A DNA stretch of 64,000 bases from Azolla caroliniana (GCA_043228905.1 JBHGNT010000005.1:13206001-13270000); one strand, 5' to 3'. Shown: positions 10,512-25,300, numbered from the stretch's first letter. Numbers and translations: made by a program. The notes: generated from the letters alone by a model not told the origin.

Positions 10512-11524
10512 TGTGTCAGTTGAATGGACTCAATTCGGAGTCGAATACGAACGATGGTGGGAAGTAGTAGACTGGCTCTCTCGACGTTGTTGTAGTTGGA
10601 TTTGAACACAAGTTGAATCGACTCCGACTATTGGTGAGGTCGGTCCAAAATGATTACAATCAATCAACTTAGCCAAATAAGACCCTAATTTGCCAATTTC
10701 GATTTCGAGTGTCGATTTTAAGATGTCGTTCACAGATTTTGTGTTGATTATCCAGGCCGATCCTGCTTCGGGTGACTGGAGCCGACTGGTCCTCCCGAAT
10801 GTCGTTCAGCTGAATGAAGCACGGATTGGGGTAGTTCCCTGAATCCCAAAATGCTATGAGTGATTCCAAGGAACGAGTGAATAGTGGCGATTGACCTGTT
10901 AGATTGTCGCCTTATCCAATGTAGCACAATTGAGGCAGAGCCTTCAAAAAGTGAACTCTCACAAGGATAAAGTACAGCCAACTGTCTTTCTTTAATGGTG
11001 ATTTAGAGCAATGGAGTGCAGGTTTTTCTCTTCACAAAAGAAATGATATTGTACAGAGTTGCCAACTTGGATCGTCACAATGTATAGAGGGAGAGTTGTT
11101 GATGGAGACTAAGTAGACGATGGCAGTAGCATCGAAAGAAACGCCAAGCTTTGATACTAGATATTGAGGACGTGGTTGTCTACATGTCGAACAATCTCAA
11201 CATCCTCTAGTGAAAGATCATTAACATGTACAAGTAGAGTGGATTGATGATTATAAGCAACCGAATCATGTAACAAGATAAACACGAATGCAAGAAGAGA
11301 CGAGAAAATGTAGGCACAAGATGAGTCGTATTACTCAGGCTCTCAACAACACACTATACAACAAGATGAACCACCTTTTACAAACTAGGTTACAAGGCCC
11401 ATTATGTACTGACTGGGCTAGGGCAACTGCCCTTTGACATATTTACAAAGATGTCCTAAATCTAGTTTGTCTAGGATACAATGTAAATACGGCCATTATA
11501 AACTAGTATTTGACCCTTAGGCTA
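10512..11524 (-). repeat. Decayed LTR/leader-like sequence with a second degenerate Met PBS near 11143-11160
   Basis: gccaagctttgatactag resembles the reverse complement of TGGTATCAGAGC; non-coding; boundaries uncertain. Confidence 0.35.
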
Positions 11525-14500
11525 CTATATATAGATTTCCTCTTCTAACTCACGATGCAGAAATGTTGTTTTTACATCCAATTGTTCAATCCCCAGATTC
11601 ATACATGCAGTTATGCTCAAAATAGTTTGGATGGATGTCCACTTTACTACTGGAGCAAATATCTCATCAAAATCGACACCCTTTTCCTGCTGAAAGCCCT
11701 TTACCACTATTCGGGCTTTATATCTAGGTGTACTACCAACTTCTCTAGTTTTCAACTTTGTAAAACCATTTGTTTCTGAGTGCATTCTCTCCCTTAGGTA
11801 GCTCCATCAACTCATAGGTGTGGTTCTCATCCAAGGAATCCATCTCATCTTGCATGGCACTATACCACTTCTCCTTGTACACATCTGCCATGGCTTTTTG
11901 ATAACATTCCGGCTCACCTTCATCAGTCAGTAGGACATATTGACTAGCTGGATACAGAGAGGATGGTTTCCATGGTTATCTTCTTCCTTCTACCGCCAAT
12001 TCAAGTTTAGTTGCTTCTGCCAGCTCATTATCTACCTCAGATTCATGTGCATCAGCCTCCTGTTGTGTGCCGACCAGCTCAGATATGTTGTTTGTGGGAT
12101 GACTATGTAGGAGTGGGGTCGGCTAGTGTCAAATCCATAACTGTCGCCGGCTGGGAAGAAGACGCTGATTTCTATTGTCTCTAGTCTTCAATCGTCTTGT
12201 CTTCCATGAATACAATATCATGGCTCACCACTTTCTTTTCAAGAAGATCCACAACTTATTGTTAGGAACAGTACTAAGACAGAGAAGTACTGTCAAGAAT
12301 AGTACTAAGACAAAGACAGAATTAGTACTAAAAAATGAGGATTAGTACTAAGGGAGGTGTAGAACTCTCGAGAGAAGGAAAGAGTGAGTGAGAGAGAGAG
12401 AGAGAATGATGATAACAAAAGATATCTATTATGTTAAGAGAATATACAATAGTCGCTAAAAGGCTTAAGACTGGCGTTGAACCGATTTGGTTCGAATTAA
12501 TGCCTTGTGCCTCCTTTTATAGTGGTCTCAGGAGTACTCCTGAACTTTCTAGAATGTTCCAAAGAAATTTGGAATATACATCCAATTTCTATAGTAAAAC
12601 TTAAATGAAAATAATATCCTTCGTATTACAACATATAGTCTAATGGTCAAGAGCTCGACCCATGTAACATAAGGTCATGGGTTTGAGTTTTGCCATATCA
12701 CGAGACTATCCCCCTTTTAAAATGACGAGTGTCACGAGCCGTTTTGGATTGAGGACCCGGTTTGTCTTGATATTGACTGTGAAAGTCTTCAAGATGAGCA
12801 CAAGCATTGGCCACATTCTCTATTGGTTCCCAAGTACGCTCGTTGGGACTATATCCTAGCCAATCGACTAAATAGTAGAGCTTGTTGCGAACAATCTTGG
12901 AATCGAGGATGGGGGCAACCTCGTACTAAGGTCCATCTTCAAGTTCGATCGAGGGTGGAGGTTGTTTAATACGACCTGGGATGATGCTGTCTTTATAAGG
13001 TTCGAGGAGAGAACTATGAAACACCGGACCTATCTGAAGTTGTGGAGGTAGATCGAGACGAAAAGTGACATCATTAATTTTTCCGATAATACGGAAAGGA
13101 CCTAATCACCGATAATCCAACTTCTCGCATGAGCGAGTAGTTTTGATGTGTCATCGTGGTAGCCATACCCGATCTCCAATGTTAAAACTGGATGGAAGAC
13201 GATGACGATCCACGCAAACCTTGTGTGTTTGTTGAGCTTGTTGTAGATGAGTAGATAAATCCCCTTGTATCTTGCATAACCACTCTAAACTATCCTCTCT
13301 AAAAGGATTTGTGGGTAACTCTGGGGTTTCAAATACACACCACCGGGGGTGATAGCCCGTATAAGCATAAAATGGTGTAACCTTTGTCGATGAGTGGACA
13401 GAGTTATTATATGAAAATTCGGCGAAGTGGAGAATATCGACCCAGTCATCTTGATGATAGCTTAGAAAGCACCGAAGATACTGCTCCAGCGTTTGATTTG
13501 TTTGTTCTGTTTGGCTGTCTGTTTGCGGGTGGTAGCTAGAGGAGAGGTTACAAGTGACCTTGAGCATTTTAAAGAGGTGCTTCCGGAATTTCGAGACGAA
13601 TTGGGGTCCACGGTTGCTAATGATACTATCGGGAAGGCCATGATGCCGACATACTTCACGCATGACAGTTTCGGTAGTTTCCTCACTAGAGATTTCCTTA
13701 GTACATGGCAGGAAATGGGCCATCTTTGTATATCGATCTACTACTATTAAGATCGCATCGAATCCCTTAGAGACCGGAAGATTTGTGATGAAATCTAGAG
13801 CAATGGATTGCCACGGCTTGATTGGAATTGGTAATGGTTCTAATAAAACATATGGATGATGCCTTGGCATTTTTGCTCTGCAACATGTATCACAAGTTCG
13901 AACAAAATCTTCGACAAATTGTCCCATATGGGGCCACCATAATGAATGTTGTACTAAATCTAATATTTTAGTACTACCAAAATGCCCAGATGTATATGTG
14001 TCATGACAGTTTTGGATTACTCTAAGGTGACAAGAACCATTAGGAACATACAAGATTTTCTTAAAGAATAGTAATCCATCATGACATTTGAATTGTCGAT
14101 AGTCCGTACCTGGTTGTTGCGACTGTGAACAAGATGCTCGAAAGGGATCAATTTGTGCTAGAATGGCTTGGGCGAAAGCATCTATCTTCAAGTCCTCACG
14201 TATGGTATCGGTAACGTGGGAATCCAAGGGCATACCGAAGACCTGCGTTGCTTGGAGTCATGTTGGTCCCATGATTACTTGCCTTTGGTTATCAAAAGTT
14301 GGCTCGCCAGGACGCGGTGCTAGATACGAACATCGTGATAATGCATCAGCCTTCCCTTGTTGCTTCCCCGGACGATATGTAATTTTGAAGTCAAAACGAG
14401 TGAGGAATTGGGCCCACCGAGCTTGACGTCGATTTAACACACGAGCATTCTGAAAGTAGGCAAGGTTTTTGTGATCACTGAATACGGCGACTTGATGAGA

Positions 14501-14849
14501 AGATCCCTCTAGAAAATACCTCCATTGTGTAAAAGAGTCCACTATTGCTAATAGCTCCTTATCATGAATTTCATAGTTGATTTCGGCGGTGTCAAACTTG
14601 CGTGAGTGGAAAGCCACAGTATGTAGCTTTTCATCATCGCCTTGTTGTGATAGAATGCTACCCAAGGCGAAATCTGACGCATCTGCTTCGATGATGAATG
14701 GTTTTTCCAGATCAACATGAGCTAGAATAGGATCTGATGTAAATATCTTCTTAAGACTCTCAAAAGCCATGTCTACTTCAGAGCAAACGAACGATTGGGC
14801 CTTCCTCGTAAGCTGTGTGAGAGGCAGAACAAGCTTTGAGTAATCCTAT

Positions 14850-15728
14850 TGTCGCTTTGTTACGCGCGTGCGTGTAGAAGGGCGGGATCACGGGGGTCTC
14901 GAACGAGGGAAGGAGGGAAGCCGAGAAGACGATTCCGGACGCGCATTCCGGAAGCAACCGGATGAGAGAGAGAGAGAAAGAGAGGGAGAAAGAGAGGGAG
15001 CGCGCGCTTGACACCGACTCACACCCACACACACACACCACGCCGACCTAATTCACGCCCTTATGTACAGAAACGGAGGTAAGAGAACACCAAAAGCACC
15101 CACACAAACACCGGACCCCAACAGAGATACGAATATGCACAGACAGACACAAATGTATATATTACAAGGGAAAGAATACATCCCCGGCTTCGAGCCGGGC
15201 CATGGTAGGTTACAACAATCATCTGTTGCCAAGCCGCCGATTGGGGAGCTCACAGGCTTGTCGCACTGAGCGGGGTCTTGCACAGGAGGCCGGGCAGAAG
15301 TAAACCTACAGTAGGGAGAGATACCACCCCGGTCGCGAGCCGGGTACGCTCAGAAGAAGAGGAGTTAACCTAATAGCTTTCCCGCCATAGTTGTCGCCCG
15401 AGTACTCGTGAAGGAGAAGAAGAAGAAGAAGAAGAAGAAAGACGAAGAGACTAACCCTAACTACCGGTATTCCCTCTAACACAAAAATGGGCAACCCCTT
15501 CACAAGAGGCGCTCCCTTCCCTTTATAGAACAAGGAGGGAGATGCCTTACAATGTGGGAAAAATCCCGACTTACATGGGATTCTCTGTCCCAACTTGTCT
15601 ACTCTTCAACGCCATAAAGGCACCCTCGTTATTCACACTAAATGTACAAGGGTGACTGCACATGCTGCACCCCGTCGATGTAGCCAATATTTCCCGGTTT
15701 CCGTCTCTGGCTGAAATTCTTCACGACA
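14850..15728 (-). mobile_element. Solo LTR (879 bp) of the TGTCG..CGACA family inserted in the RT/RH connection of B2
   Basis: Minus strand starts TGTCGTGAAGAA like the element A LTRs and ends CGACA; TATA-like CTATAAAG. Flanks ctat/ttgt fit a decayed 4-bp TSD, and the host frame resumes either side. Confidence 0.8.
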
Positions 15729-18644
15729 TTGTATAAACTTGCGGTAAAAATTTGCAAAGCCTAAAAAGCATTGCACATCTCGCAACAAAAGCAAAGTCTG
15801 CCACTCTACCACCGTTTTGACCTTAGTTGGATCCATGGAGATGTCTTCCGAGGAAATGACATAGCCTAGAAATTCTACCTAGTTGCACTCGAAACTACAT
15901 TTTTCTAGCTTTGCATAAAGACCATGTTCTCGAAGTTGTTTTAGTACTAATAGTACATGAGAATCATTCTCTTCTTGGGTCTTCGAATAAACCAATAGAT
16001 CATCCAAATAGATGATCAAACAAAATTCCAAGAGATCTCGGAATATATCATTTGTCATGTGTTGGACGACTACTGGTGTATTAGTGAGGCCGAATGGCAT
16101 GACCGTATACTCGAAGTGCCCATATCTGGTGCGAAACGCGATCCTCCATTCATCTCTTGGTTGGATCCGTACGAGGTTATATGCTCCTTGTAAGTCGATC
16201 TTTGTGAAGAACCTTGCACCATTGATCCGTTCTAAAAGACTTGAGATAAGGGGAAATGCATACCTATTCCTGATGATGACCTTATTCAAGCCACGGTAAT
16301 CTACGACGAGACGAAGTGATCCATCCTTTTTCTTGATGAAGAAAGTGGGTGCGCCACCTGGAGATTTCAAATGTCAAATGAAACCATTTGCCAAATTCTC
16401 CTCTATATAGGCTCGAAGGACTTCTAGCTCGGTTGGTGACAAATTGAGGATCAGTCCCCATGGTGGCTCTTTTCCCGGTTGTAAATCGATGGGACAAACA
16501 TATGGTCGATGGTGATGAAGCGTATTGGCTTGTACATTATTGAACACATCGGCATAATGACGATACTTCTCTGGAAGTTGAACGGTGGACTCCTCTTTAG
16601 TGGTGTTGGAGGGTTTTACTGATAGTGCGAAGAGAAACATTTCTTCCTTGCGTCCTTCCTCACGCAACTTATGTAGTGAAATGCTTTAAATCTTATGAGT
16701 AGATCCTCGGGTTTGTCAATACTGGATTTCTCTTGTTCTCCAATCTATTTCTGGGTTATGTAATTCGAACCATGGTAAACCCAAAACAATGGGATGTTTT
16801 GGGATACTAATTATATTAAAGGATACTACACATGCTAAATTATCTAGGACAATATTAACGGGCTCTGACTCTTATATGATATTTCCAGAAGCAATGGGAC
16901 GATCATCAATGACTACTACAGAGGCTGGACACGGGAGTTTTCTTAGGGATATCTGATGAGCTTGGGCAAAACTCCTATCCATGAAGCAAGAATGAGCTCC
17001 GAAATCTAGGAGTGCTGAGACATGTACTGGAGAGGTACCTTAAGTACTAATTGTTACTTGGGCTAAGAACACATTGCTAACTTGCTTAGAGGGAATGGAA
17101 CCACTAATGGGATGCACAACTCTAGGGCTATCCAACAAAACGACTCCTATTTGACCAGACTTAGTCGTTTAACTCTTCTTCTAAATGACTAAGGACATCA
17201 AATTTGTTCGATAGATTTGGGCTACTAGGACTACTAGGACTATTAGATATTCCTATTGAAATAGACTCGGCTTTAGTACAATTTGAACTAGCAACTATTT
17301 GGTTTACTTGTCTTCTTGGCCTATGGGGAACAATTCACTCCAATATGCCCTGGTCCACCGCAATAAAGACATAGTCAATTTTCTCGGTGTCGCTACTTTT
17401 CTTCTTCCAGTAGGGGTCCACAATGACGTGTAGTGTCAATTTCCATCAGAGTTGGAGTATTCACTAGAGATATATTATATGACTCCCTTGGAAAAGGTTT
17501 TGCTACCATTGAGGCGTAGGTGGGCTCTAATCTTGCCCTTGGCATTTGGAACTGATGTTCTGAACGTCGTTCAAAAAGATGGTTGTCGGATCTCACCACG
17601 CGACTGATTGCTTCTATCAATGACTTTGGTTCTTCGGGGAAGGTCAAGAGTAAATCCTTGACATCGTTACGTAGACCATAATGAAATTGCTCCATTAGTG
17701 CTTGGTCATTCCAGGGGATATCGGAGGCGAGTAGGTGGAAATCTACAGCGTATGCAGAGGTTAGACGATCACCTGGACGTAATCGTCGGATTTTGTTGAT
17801 TGCCATCCTTATGTTGTCAGTGTCTCCAAAATAGGCTTTAAACTCACTTAAAAACTCTTCAAAAAATTTTAGTAAAGGAGATTCCTTTTCTAATAACAAA
17901 GCGAACCATGCCAAAGCCGAGCCTACTAAACCCACTCGTGATGCATCGGTGGCATATCGGGAAGGATGCATTTGAATGACTAATCATACTTGATTAAGGA
18001 ATCCTCTAAATTACAATCGCGTTCCATCGAATATCATGGGAAGGCCGATCTTGGGTTCTTTATGAATCCCTTGTATACTGGGTCCTTGTTGTTGCATCGC
18101 TACTATGGTTGCTTCGAACTGTTGCACACGTAATGCTAGTTCCCCATGTTGTTGTTGCATCTGCTGCTTCTCTAAGGAGATTTGTTGAAGCTCCCCCAAC
18201 AATCGTTGATTTTCTTGTTCCAATGCGAGAAACTTTTCTTTCAAGCATTGCAACTCTGAGAAAACGGATTGATATTCTTGAGCGCTAACAGTGACCATAG
18301 TATGAGAGAAAAGAGGAATAAGAGATTAGTATGAAGGGAGCAAGAAGTAAGAAGATAAGGAAGAGAAGGAAGGAGGCCAAAATCGGTACAAACTGTTAGG
18401 AACAGTACTAAGACAGAGAAAAACTGTCAGGAACAGTACTACGAGAGAGAAGGAATTAGTACTAAAAAATGAGGATTAGTACTAAGGGAGGTGTAGAACT
18501 CTCGAGAGAAGGAAAGAGTGAGTGCGAGAGAGAGAATTATGATAACAAAAGATATATATTATGTTAAGAGAATATACAATAGTAGCTAGAAGGCTTAAGA
18601 CTAGCGTTGAACCGATTTGGTTCAAAATAATGTCGTGTGCCTCC

Positions 18645-20064
18645 AACACGTTTGTGTTCACAAGTGGAAGGATAAGGATAAGGAATATTCCGTCTGATTT
18701 TGGGGCTTTTTTGGCCATTTCACAAAACACCTTGATACCAATATCACATGTTCTCAAAAACTTGATGAAAAAGCTAAAATTTTCACCGTTTGGACATGAA
18801 AAGTTCGTGTCGAAAAGTTGACTTTTTGACATGAATTCAATACAATGTATCGAGTTCACGTTTAAAGTTTTTTTGGGGATTTTTTTTAAAAAAAATTTGG
18901 TTTTTTTTCTATTTATTTTGGGTCTTTTTGGATTTTTTCTTTTTTTAAGTTTTAAGTGGTGAAAAAACCAGAGTTTTCATCACAAGTCGATACAATGTAT
19001 CGAATTCATGTTTAAAGTTATTTTTTTCCCAAAAAACAATTTTAAAAACAAATAAATAAATAAATAACAATTTGAAAAAATTACTTTAAACATGAACTAG
19101 ATACATTGTACTGAATTGTGATGAAAAATCTAGTTTTATTCAATTTTTATTTTTTTTGTTTTATTTTATATATTTTTTATTTTTTTAAATTCGGGAAAAA
19201 AAGACTTCGAACATGAATTTGATACGTTGTATGGAATTGATATGAAGACTCTATTTTTTACATCAACTCGATACAATGTATGGAGTTCATGTTTAGAAAT
19301 CTTCTTTTTTTTCAAATAAAAGAGGTTTACAGTTTACATGAACTCGAATTGTACTAAAATCTTTGTTTTGACAAGAGTAAAAGATGAATATCGATGTTGT
19401 AAAGAAGTATGTTGCACAACAAGATACCTTATGGTGAACATGTGCTTCCTTGATTAACAAAAAACCATTAATAATTGTGTTGATGGTAATTGAACCTTGC
19501 AAATGCAGAAGAAGAGGAGAGCATTGTGGATACCTTCATAACTATGTGATATGTTCAAATTGATATATTAATGTTTACATCTAAAATTGACAGTTTATGA
19601 ATATCATCTACATTTTAGGAGTTATGGATTTATTAAAATTGTTTATGAATATTGTATACATTTCTTGAGTTGTGAATTTATGCATGTTAATGAGCACTAA
19701 ATTTATAGATGATGGCATTAAGGATTACAATGTTCCCTCTTATACTTAAAACAATAGATGTAACTTCCACTTTTGGAACCTACATCTTCTCAAGATAGTT
19801 AACTTCCATTGGGATTTTCTTTAAGTTAACTACATTTCATATCTTCAACCCATCAACGTTTAAACATTTATTGAAAACTATGCAATTTTAGAAATTATCA
19901 TTTTGAAACTTGTTAAATCTCCAAAAATTAGCAAAATTTACATGCTATTTAAAACATGTGATACTGGTGTATCAAGTTTCTGAAAATCGCCTAAATTCGC
20001 AATATTATAAAAGGAATCTATAAGTGGAATGCGTGATCCTTCCACTTGTGAACGCGAACGTGAT
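18645..20064. mobile_element. Non-autonomous DNA transposon (MITE-like, 1420 bp)
   Basis: ~29-bp imperfect TIRs (aacacgtttgtgttcacaagtggaaggat / atccttccacttgtgaacgcgaacgtgat), CTCC duplicated on both sides, AT-rich non-coding interior; interrupts the B2 LTR. Confidence 0.85.
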
Positions 20065-22389
20065 CTCCTTTTATAGTGTTCCCAAGAGTACTCCTTAAGT
20101 TTCTAGAATGTTCCAAAGAAATCTGGAATATACATCAATTTTCTATAGTAAAATTTAAATGAAAATAATATTTTTCGTATTACAACATATAGTCTAATGG
20201 TCAAGAGCTCGACCCATGTAACATAAGGTTATGGGTTCGACCGAACTCATCTCTTGAGTACCCCAAGAATATGCATGGCTTGGACTTCATGTCCAGCTTT
20301 GACCTTTGATCATTTGCAACATGCATATATGTCGAGCATTCGAACACTCTCAAGTGCTAGTAAGAGAAGCACTCTCAAGTGCTAGTAAGAGAAGTTTCTT
20401 CTTGTCCACACCCTCTGTGGAACATCACCATTTAGAGACACTAAGGGGAACCCGTTTATAAGATAAACAACCATCAACATTGCCACAACCCAATACAATT
20501 TCGGCAATTTTGCAAGTGACAACATGCTTCATACCCTTTCCATTATGGTTCAGTTCATCCTCTCTGCTAGACCATTCAATTCATGTGTCTTCAGCACTGT
20601 GTAGTCAAGTTTGATACCTTGAGTCTTACAATACATCTCAAACTGGATCTTGTACTCACTACCGTTATCTGTCTGAACAGCCTTCAACTTTTGTCCAGAT
20701 TCTTTTTTAGCCCTAGCATGGAATTGTTTAAAGTCTGACATCACCTGGTCTTTAGTCTTCAATACGAAAGCCCAGAACTTTCTGTTATAGCCATCAATGA
20801 ATGCCACAAAGTATTGTCCACCACGATGTGACATTGCATCCACATAACATACATATGCGTGAACCAATTCTAAAGCAAGCTCTCTTCTCATTGGAGGTCT
20901 AGAATGGAACGTGACCCTATTTTCTTACCAACCAAGCAATCAACACATTTGTCCAGATCCATACCTTTCACTCCTGGGAGGAGATCCTTTCCAGCAAGCA
21001 TATTGTTGAGAGACAAGCTCAACATCGGCCGGTTCGGCTGAAGAAGTCGAGGACCGGATCGGTTGGGACCGATCGGTTAGGCCGAGTGCGTAAACCGGGA
21101 GCGCGTGTCAGCCGCGACGTTGTGTTTGACGAGTCCGCGTCCTGGTACCTGCCCCCGACTACGAACCTCGACTCCCATCCGAGCTCTGACGATGAGGTCA
21201 GCGAGGCCGAGATGCCTCTGGATGAGCCCGAAATCGATACCCACGAGGAGAGTCTGATTTCACTCCAGTTAAGTGGACCGATTGGACGACTGAGTCGGTA
21301 CGACCAGTCCGATGAAGAGCCAGCGAGTGGTGGAGACTCGTCCGTGCATTCCCCGCGCAGGAAGCCGAGGAGACGGCTTACGCGCAAAGAGAAAGGGAAG
21401 AAGAAGGTGTCGGATTTCGGCACGGAAAGGAACGAGTCAGACCGACGCGAGTCCAACTCCGAGGGAACCGGTGACAGGTCTTTAAAGATGAAGACCGCGT
21501 CGACCGAGAACGCCTCGACATCGGCTAATGTGAGATTACGCCGATCTACTCGCCAAAAGAACCCAGTTGTGTGGTTCGGATACAACGAGTACATGGCGCA
21601 TCATTATGCGTACATGACCCGTGTAACGGAAGTGCGTGAGTCGGAGAGCTACGCAGAAGCGGCTAAAGACGCGAATTGGCATGCCGCGATGGAGGAAGAG
21701 ATGCACGCATTGGCAGAGAACGAGACCTGGGACCTAGTTGACACACCAAGAGGGGTAAAACCGATCGGGTGTAGGTGGGTGTACAAGGTCAAGTACAACA
21801 CCGATGGCTCGGTCAACCGGTACAAGGCTCGGCTAGTGGCAAAGGGCTACGCGCAGAAACACGGCATCGACTACGATGAGACGTTTGCGCTGGTCGCGAA
21901 AATGACGACCGTCCGTGTTTTGCTCGTAGTAGCTGCGGTGAAGGGGTGGCACTTACATCAGATGGATGTAAAGAATGTGTTCCTGCAAGGTGACCTTGAG
22001 GAACAGATGTACATGGTACAGCCCCCCGGATTTCACTCTGGAAGGAACTCCTCGGCAGTATGCCGACTGAAGAAGTCCCTTTACGGACTGAAGCAAGCCC
22101 CGCATGCCTGGAACGCGAAGATCACGCAACAACTGCGTCGGATGGGCTTCGTCACGTCAAAATCAAACTCTTCCCTGTTCATCCGGAAAGGTCGACTCGG
22201 ACCGGTTAGTATTTTACTATATGTTGATGACTTGGTCATCACCGGCGCCAACCTACGTGAAATCGACCGTGTGAAGCTCCAACTTGCGGCATCGTTCGAC
22301 ATGAAGGACCTGGGGGACCTTCATTACTTCCTCAGGATCGAAGTGATCCGTACCCCCGAAGGCATATTGATCAGCCAACATCATTACGT

Positions 22390-25300
22390 TGTCGTAGTGT
22401 ATTTTGTACACTACGTGAAAAACGTATATAGTATTAGATTCAATAAAAAATGAAGAAATAGAAGAAAATAGCAAAATAAATGGAACATGCATAGGGCAAG
22501 ATTCGAACCTTGCACCTCCATGTTAATAATGTAATGTCTTACCATTACACTAGCATTTCATTAGTGTTAAAGCATAGATGTCCCACATAGAAAGGTAAAT
22601 TCACGCTAGGATAAACATTAGAAAAACGCATAACAAAAGAAAAAGCTACACATACACATCTAGCGTGCATGATAAAAAACGCACAAGTTAGAAAAAAGCA
22701 TGATCACTTTAGATAAAGCATATAGTCTATCTATAGGAAAAGCATGGGGTCTATAGTTAGAGAAAAAGCATGGATTACTAAGACTTCCTCATCACTACAT
22801 AAGGATGGGAAGCACAATGTAATTGTGTGTGAAAAATATTTGGAAACTAGATATGTTTCTAAAAAACACCAGTTAATAAACTATACTTGTGGGATTCACG
22901 AGAATTCTATATCATTCTCTTTCAACCGAAGTTTATATTCTTATATTCATATTGATTAATCTAATACAATACACTCGTGGGATTCACGAGTTTGCTATAA
23001 CTCTTTCTTACAACATATTTCTATTCTTATTAGCCTTAAAACTCTCCTCTTCCTAGTCCAAAACCCCAGCGGTTCCCACCCGACTCACGAAACGATCTGG
23101 CGCCGAAAGGCACGACACAAGTTGGTGAACCCGACGTGAAGACGGGCTGGAAGGAGACCGACTCAATCGAAACCGAACAACCGATTCCGATTCGGCCGAA
23201 TACGAATCCGATCGGAAGCCGATCAAACCGAAAGTCGATCGGACGAGAGCGATCCGGAAAAAAGTCAAGGTTGATGAAGACAAGAAAGAGGCCAGTAAAA
23301 GACACTACCACGAATGACAAGGGCCAAGAATATGACGAGAGAGAACAAAGAATATGGTGGATCGGATGGCGACAATGGTTCGGGTGGAAAGAATGGGTCT
23401 ATTCAAATGGAGAGACAAAGTCAACATAACAAGAGAAGTCGAGGGTACTACGAGCCGGCAACGAAACCAATCGGGTAGAGACCGGACGGAGGAGACTAAC
23501 AAACACCAACAACTTCGGCACATACCGGAGGATGTGCGGGTTTGGAGGGGGTGAGTGTCGTAGTGTATTTTGTACACTACGTGAAAAACGTATATAGTAT
23601 TAGATTAAATAAAAAATGAAGAAATAGAAGAAAATAGAAAAATAAATGGAACATGCATAGGGCAAGATTCGAACCTTGCACCTCCATGTTAATAATGTAA
23701 TGTCTTACCATTACACTAGCATTTCATTAGTGTTAAAGCATAGATGTCCCACATAGAAAGGTAAATTCACGCTAGGATAAACATTAGAAAAACGCATAAC
23801 AAAAGAAAAAGCTACACATACACATCTAGCGTGCATGATAAAAAACGCACAAGTTAGAAAAAAGCATGATCACTTTAGATAAAGCATATAGTCTATCTAT
23901 AGGAAAAGCATGGGGTCTATAGTTAGAGAAAAAGCATGGATTACTAAGACTTCCTCATCACTATATAAGGATGGGAAGCACAATGTAATTGTGTGTGAAA
24001 AATATTTGGAAACTAGATATGTTTCTAAAAAACACCAATTAATAAACTATACTCGTGGGATTCACGAGAATTCTATATCATTCTCTTTCAACCGAAGTTT
24101 ATATTCTTATATTCATATTGATTAATCTAATACAATACACTCGTGGGATTCACGAGTTTGCTATAACTCTTTCTTACAACATATTTCTATTCTTATTAGC
24201 CTTAAAACTCTCCTCTTCCTAGTCCAAAACCCCAGCGGTTCCCACCCGACTCACGAAACGATCTGGCGCCGAAAGGCACGACACAAGTTGGTGAACCCGA
24301 CGTGAAGACGGGCTGGAAGGAGACCGACTCAATCGAAACCGAACAACCGATTCCGATTCGGCCGAATACGAATCCGATCGGAAGCCGATCAAACCGAAAG
24401 TCGATCGGACGAGAGCGATCCGGAAAAAAGTCAAGGTTGATGAAGACAAGAAAGAGGCCAGTAAAAGACACTACCACGAATGACAAGGGCCAAGAATATG
24501 ACGAGAGAGAACAAAGAATATGGTGGATCGGATGGCGACAATGGTTCGGGTGGAAAGAATGGGTCTATTCAAATGGAGAGACAAAGTCAACATAACAAGA
24601 GAAGTCGAGGGTACTACGAGCCGGCAACGAAACCAATCGGGTAGAGACCGGACGGAGGAGACTAACAAACACCAACAACTTCGGCACATACCGGAGGATG
24701 TGCGGGTTTGGAGGGGGTGAGTGTCGTAGTGTATTTTGTACACTACGTGAAAAACGTATATAGTATTAGATTAAATAAAAAATGAAGAAATAGAAGAAAA
24801 TAGAAAAATAAATGGAACATGCATAGGGCAAGATTCGAACCTTGCACCTCCATGTTAATAATGTAATGTCTTACCATTACACTAGCATTTCATTAGTGTT
24901 AAAGCATAGATGTCCCACATAGAAAGGTAAATTCACGCTAGGATAAACATTAGAAAAACGCATAACAAAAGAAAAAGCTACACATACACATCTAGCGTGC
25001 ATGATAAAAAACGCACAAGTTAGAAAAAAGCATGATCACTTTAGATAAAGCATATAGTCTATCTATAGGAAAAGCATGGGGTCTATAGTTAGAGAAAAAG
25101 CATGGATTACTAAGACTTCCTCATCACTATATAAGGATGGGAAGCACAATGTAATTGTGTGTGAAAAATATTTGGAAACTAGATATGTTTCTAAAAAACA
25201 CCAATTAATAAACTATACTCGTGGGATTCACGAGAATTCTATATCATTCTCTTTCAACCGAAGTTTATATTCTTATATTCATATTGATTAATCTAATACA

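Larger units (their letters stand above)
12260..20240 (-). mobile_element. Older, degraded full-length relative of element B (B2) with integrase and chromodomain; carries a solo LTR and a MITE
   Basis: 3' LTR ~12260-12705, 5' LTR 18394-~20240 (outer end lost). Frameshifted gag 17162-18298, RT, RH, integrase ORF 13151-14233, chromodomain YEVAPILDSKIVRNKLYYLVDWLGYSPNERTWEP at ~12810-12935. Confidence 0.92.

Noticed and set aside
20343-20395. ~25-bp direct duplication (also a 63-bp duplication at ~50322-50436)
   Set aside because: Simple slippage duplications in dead elements.
22489-22560. Functional tRNA gene (apparent TTA anticodon, suppressor-like)
   Set aside because: No proper acceptor stem, weak D stem and no U33; treated only as a tRNA-derived promoter-like module.
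23098-23110. TGGCGCCGAA as a second PBS
   Set aside because: It lies inside the LTR end (also present before the final CGACA at 27781) and forms a GCC-GAAA-GGC hairpin; the real PBS follows the LTR.
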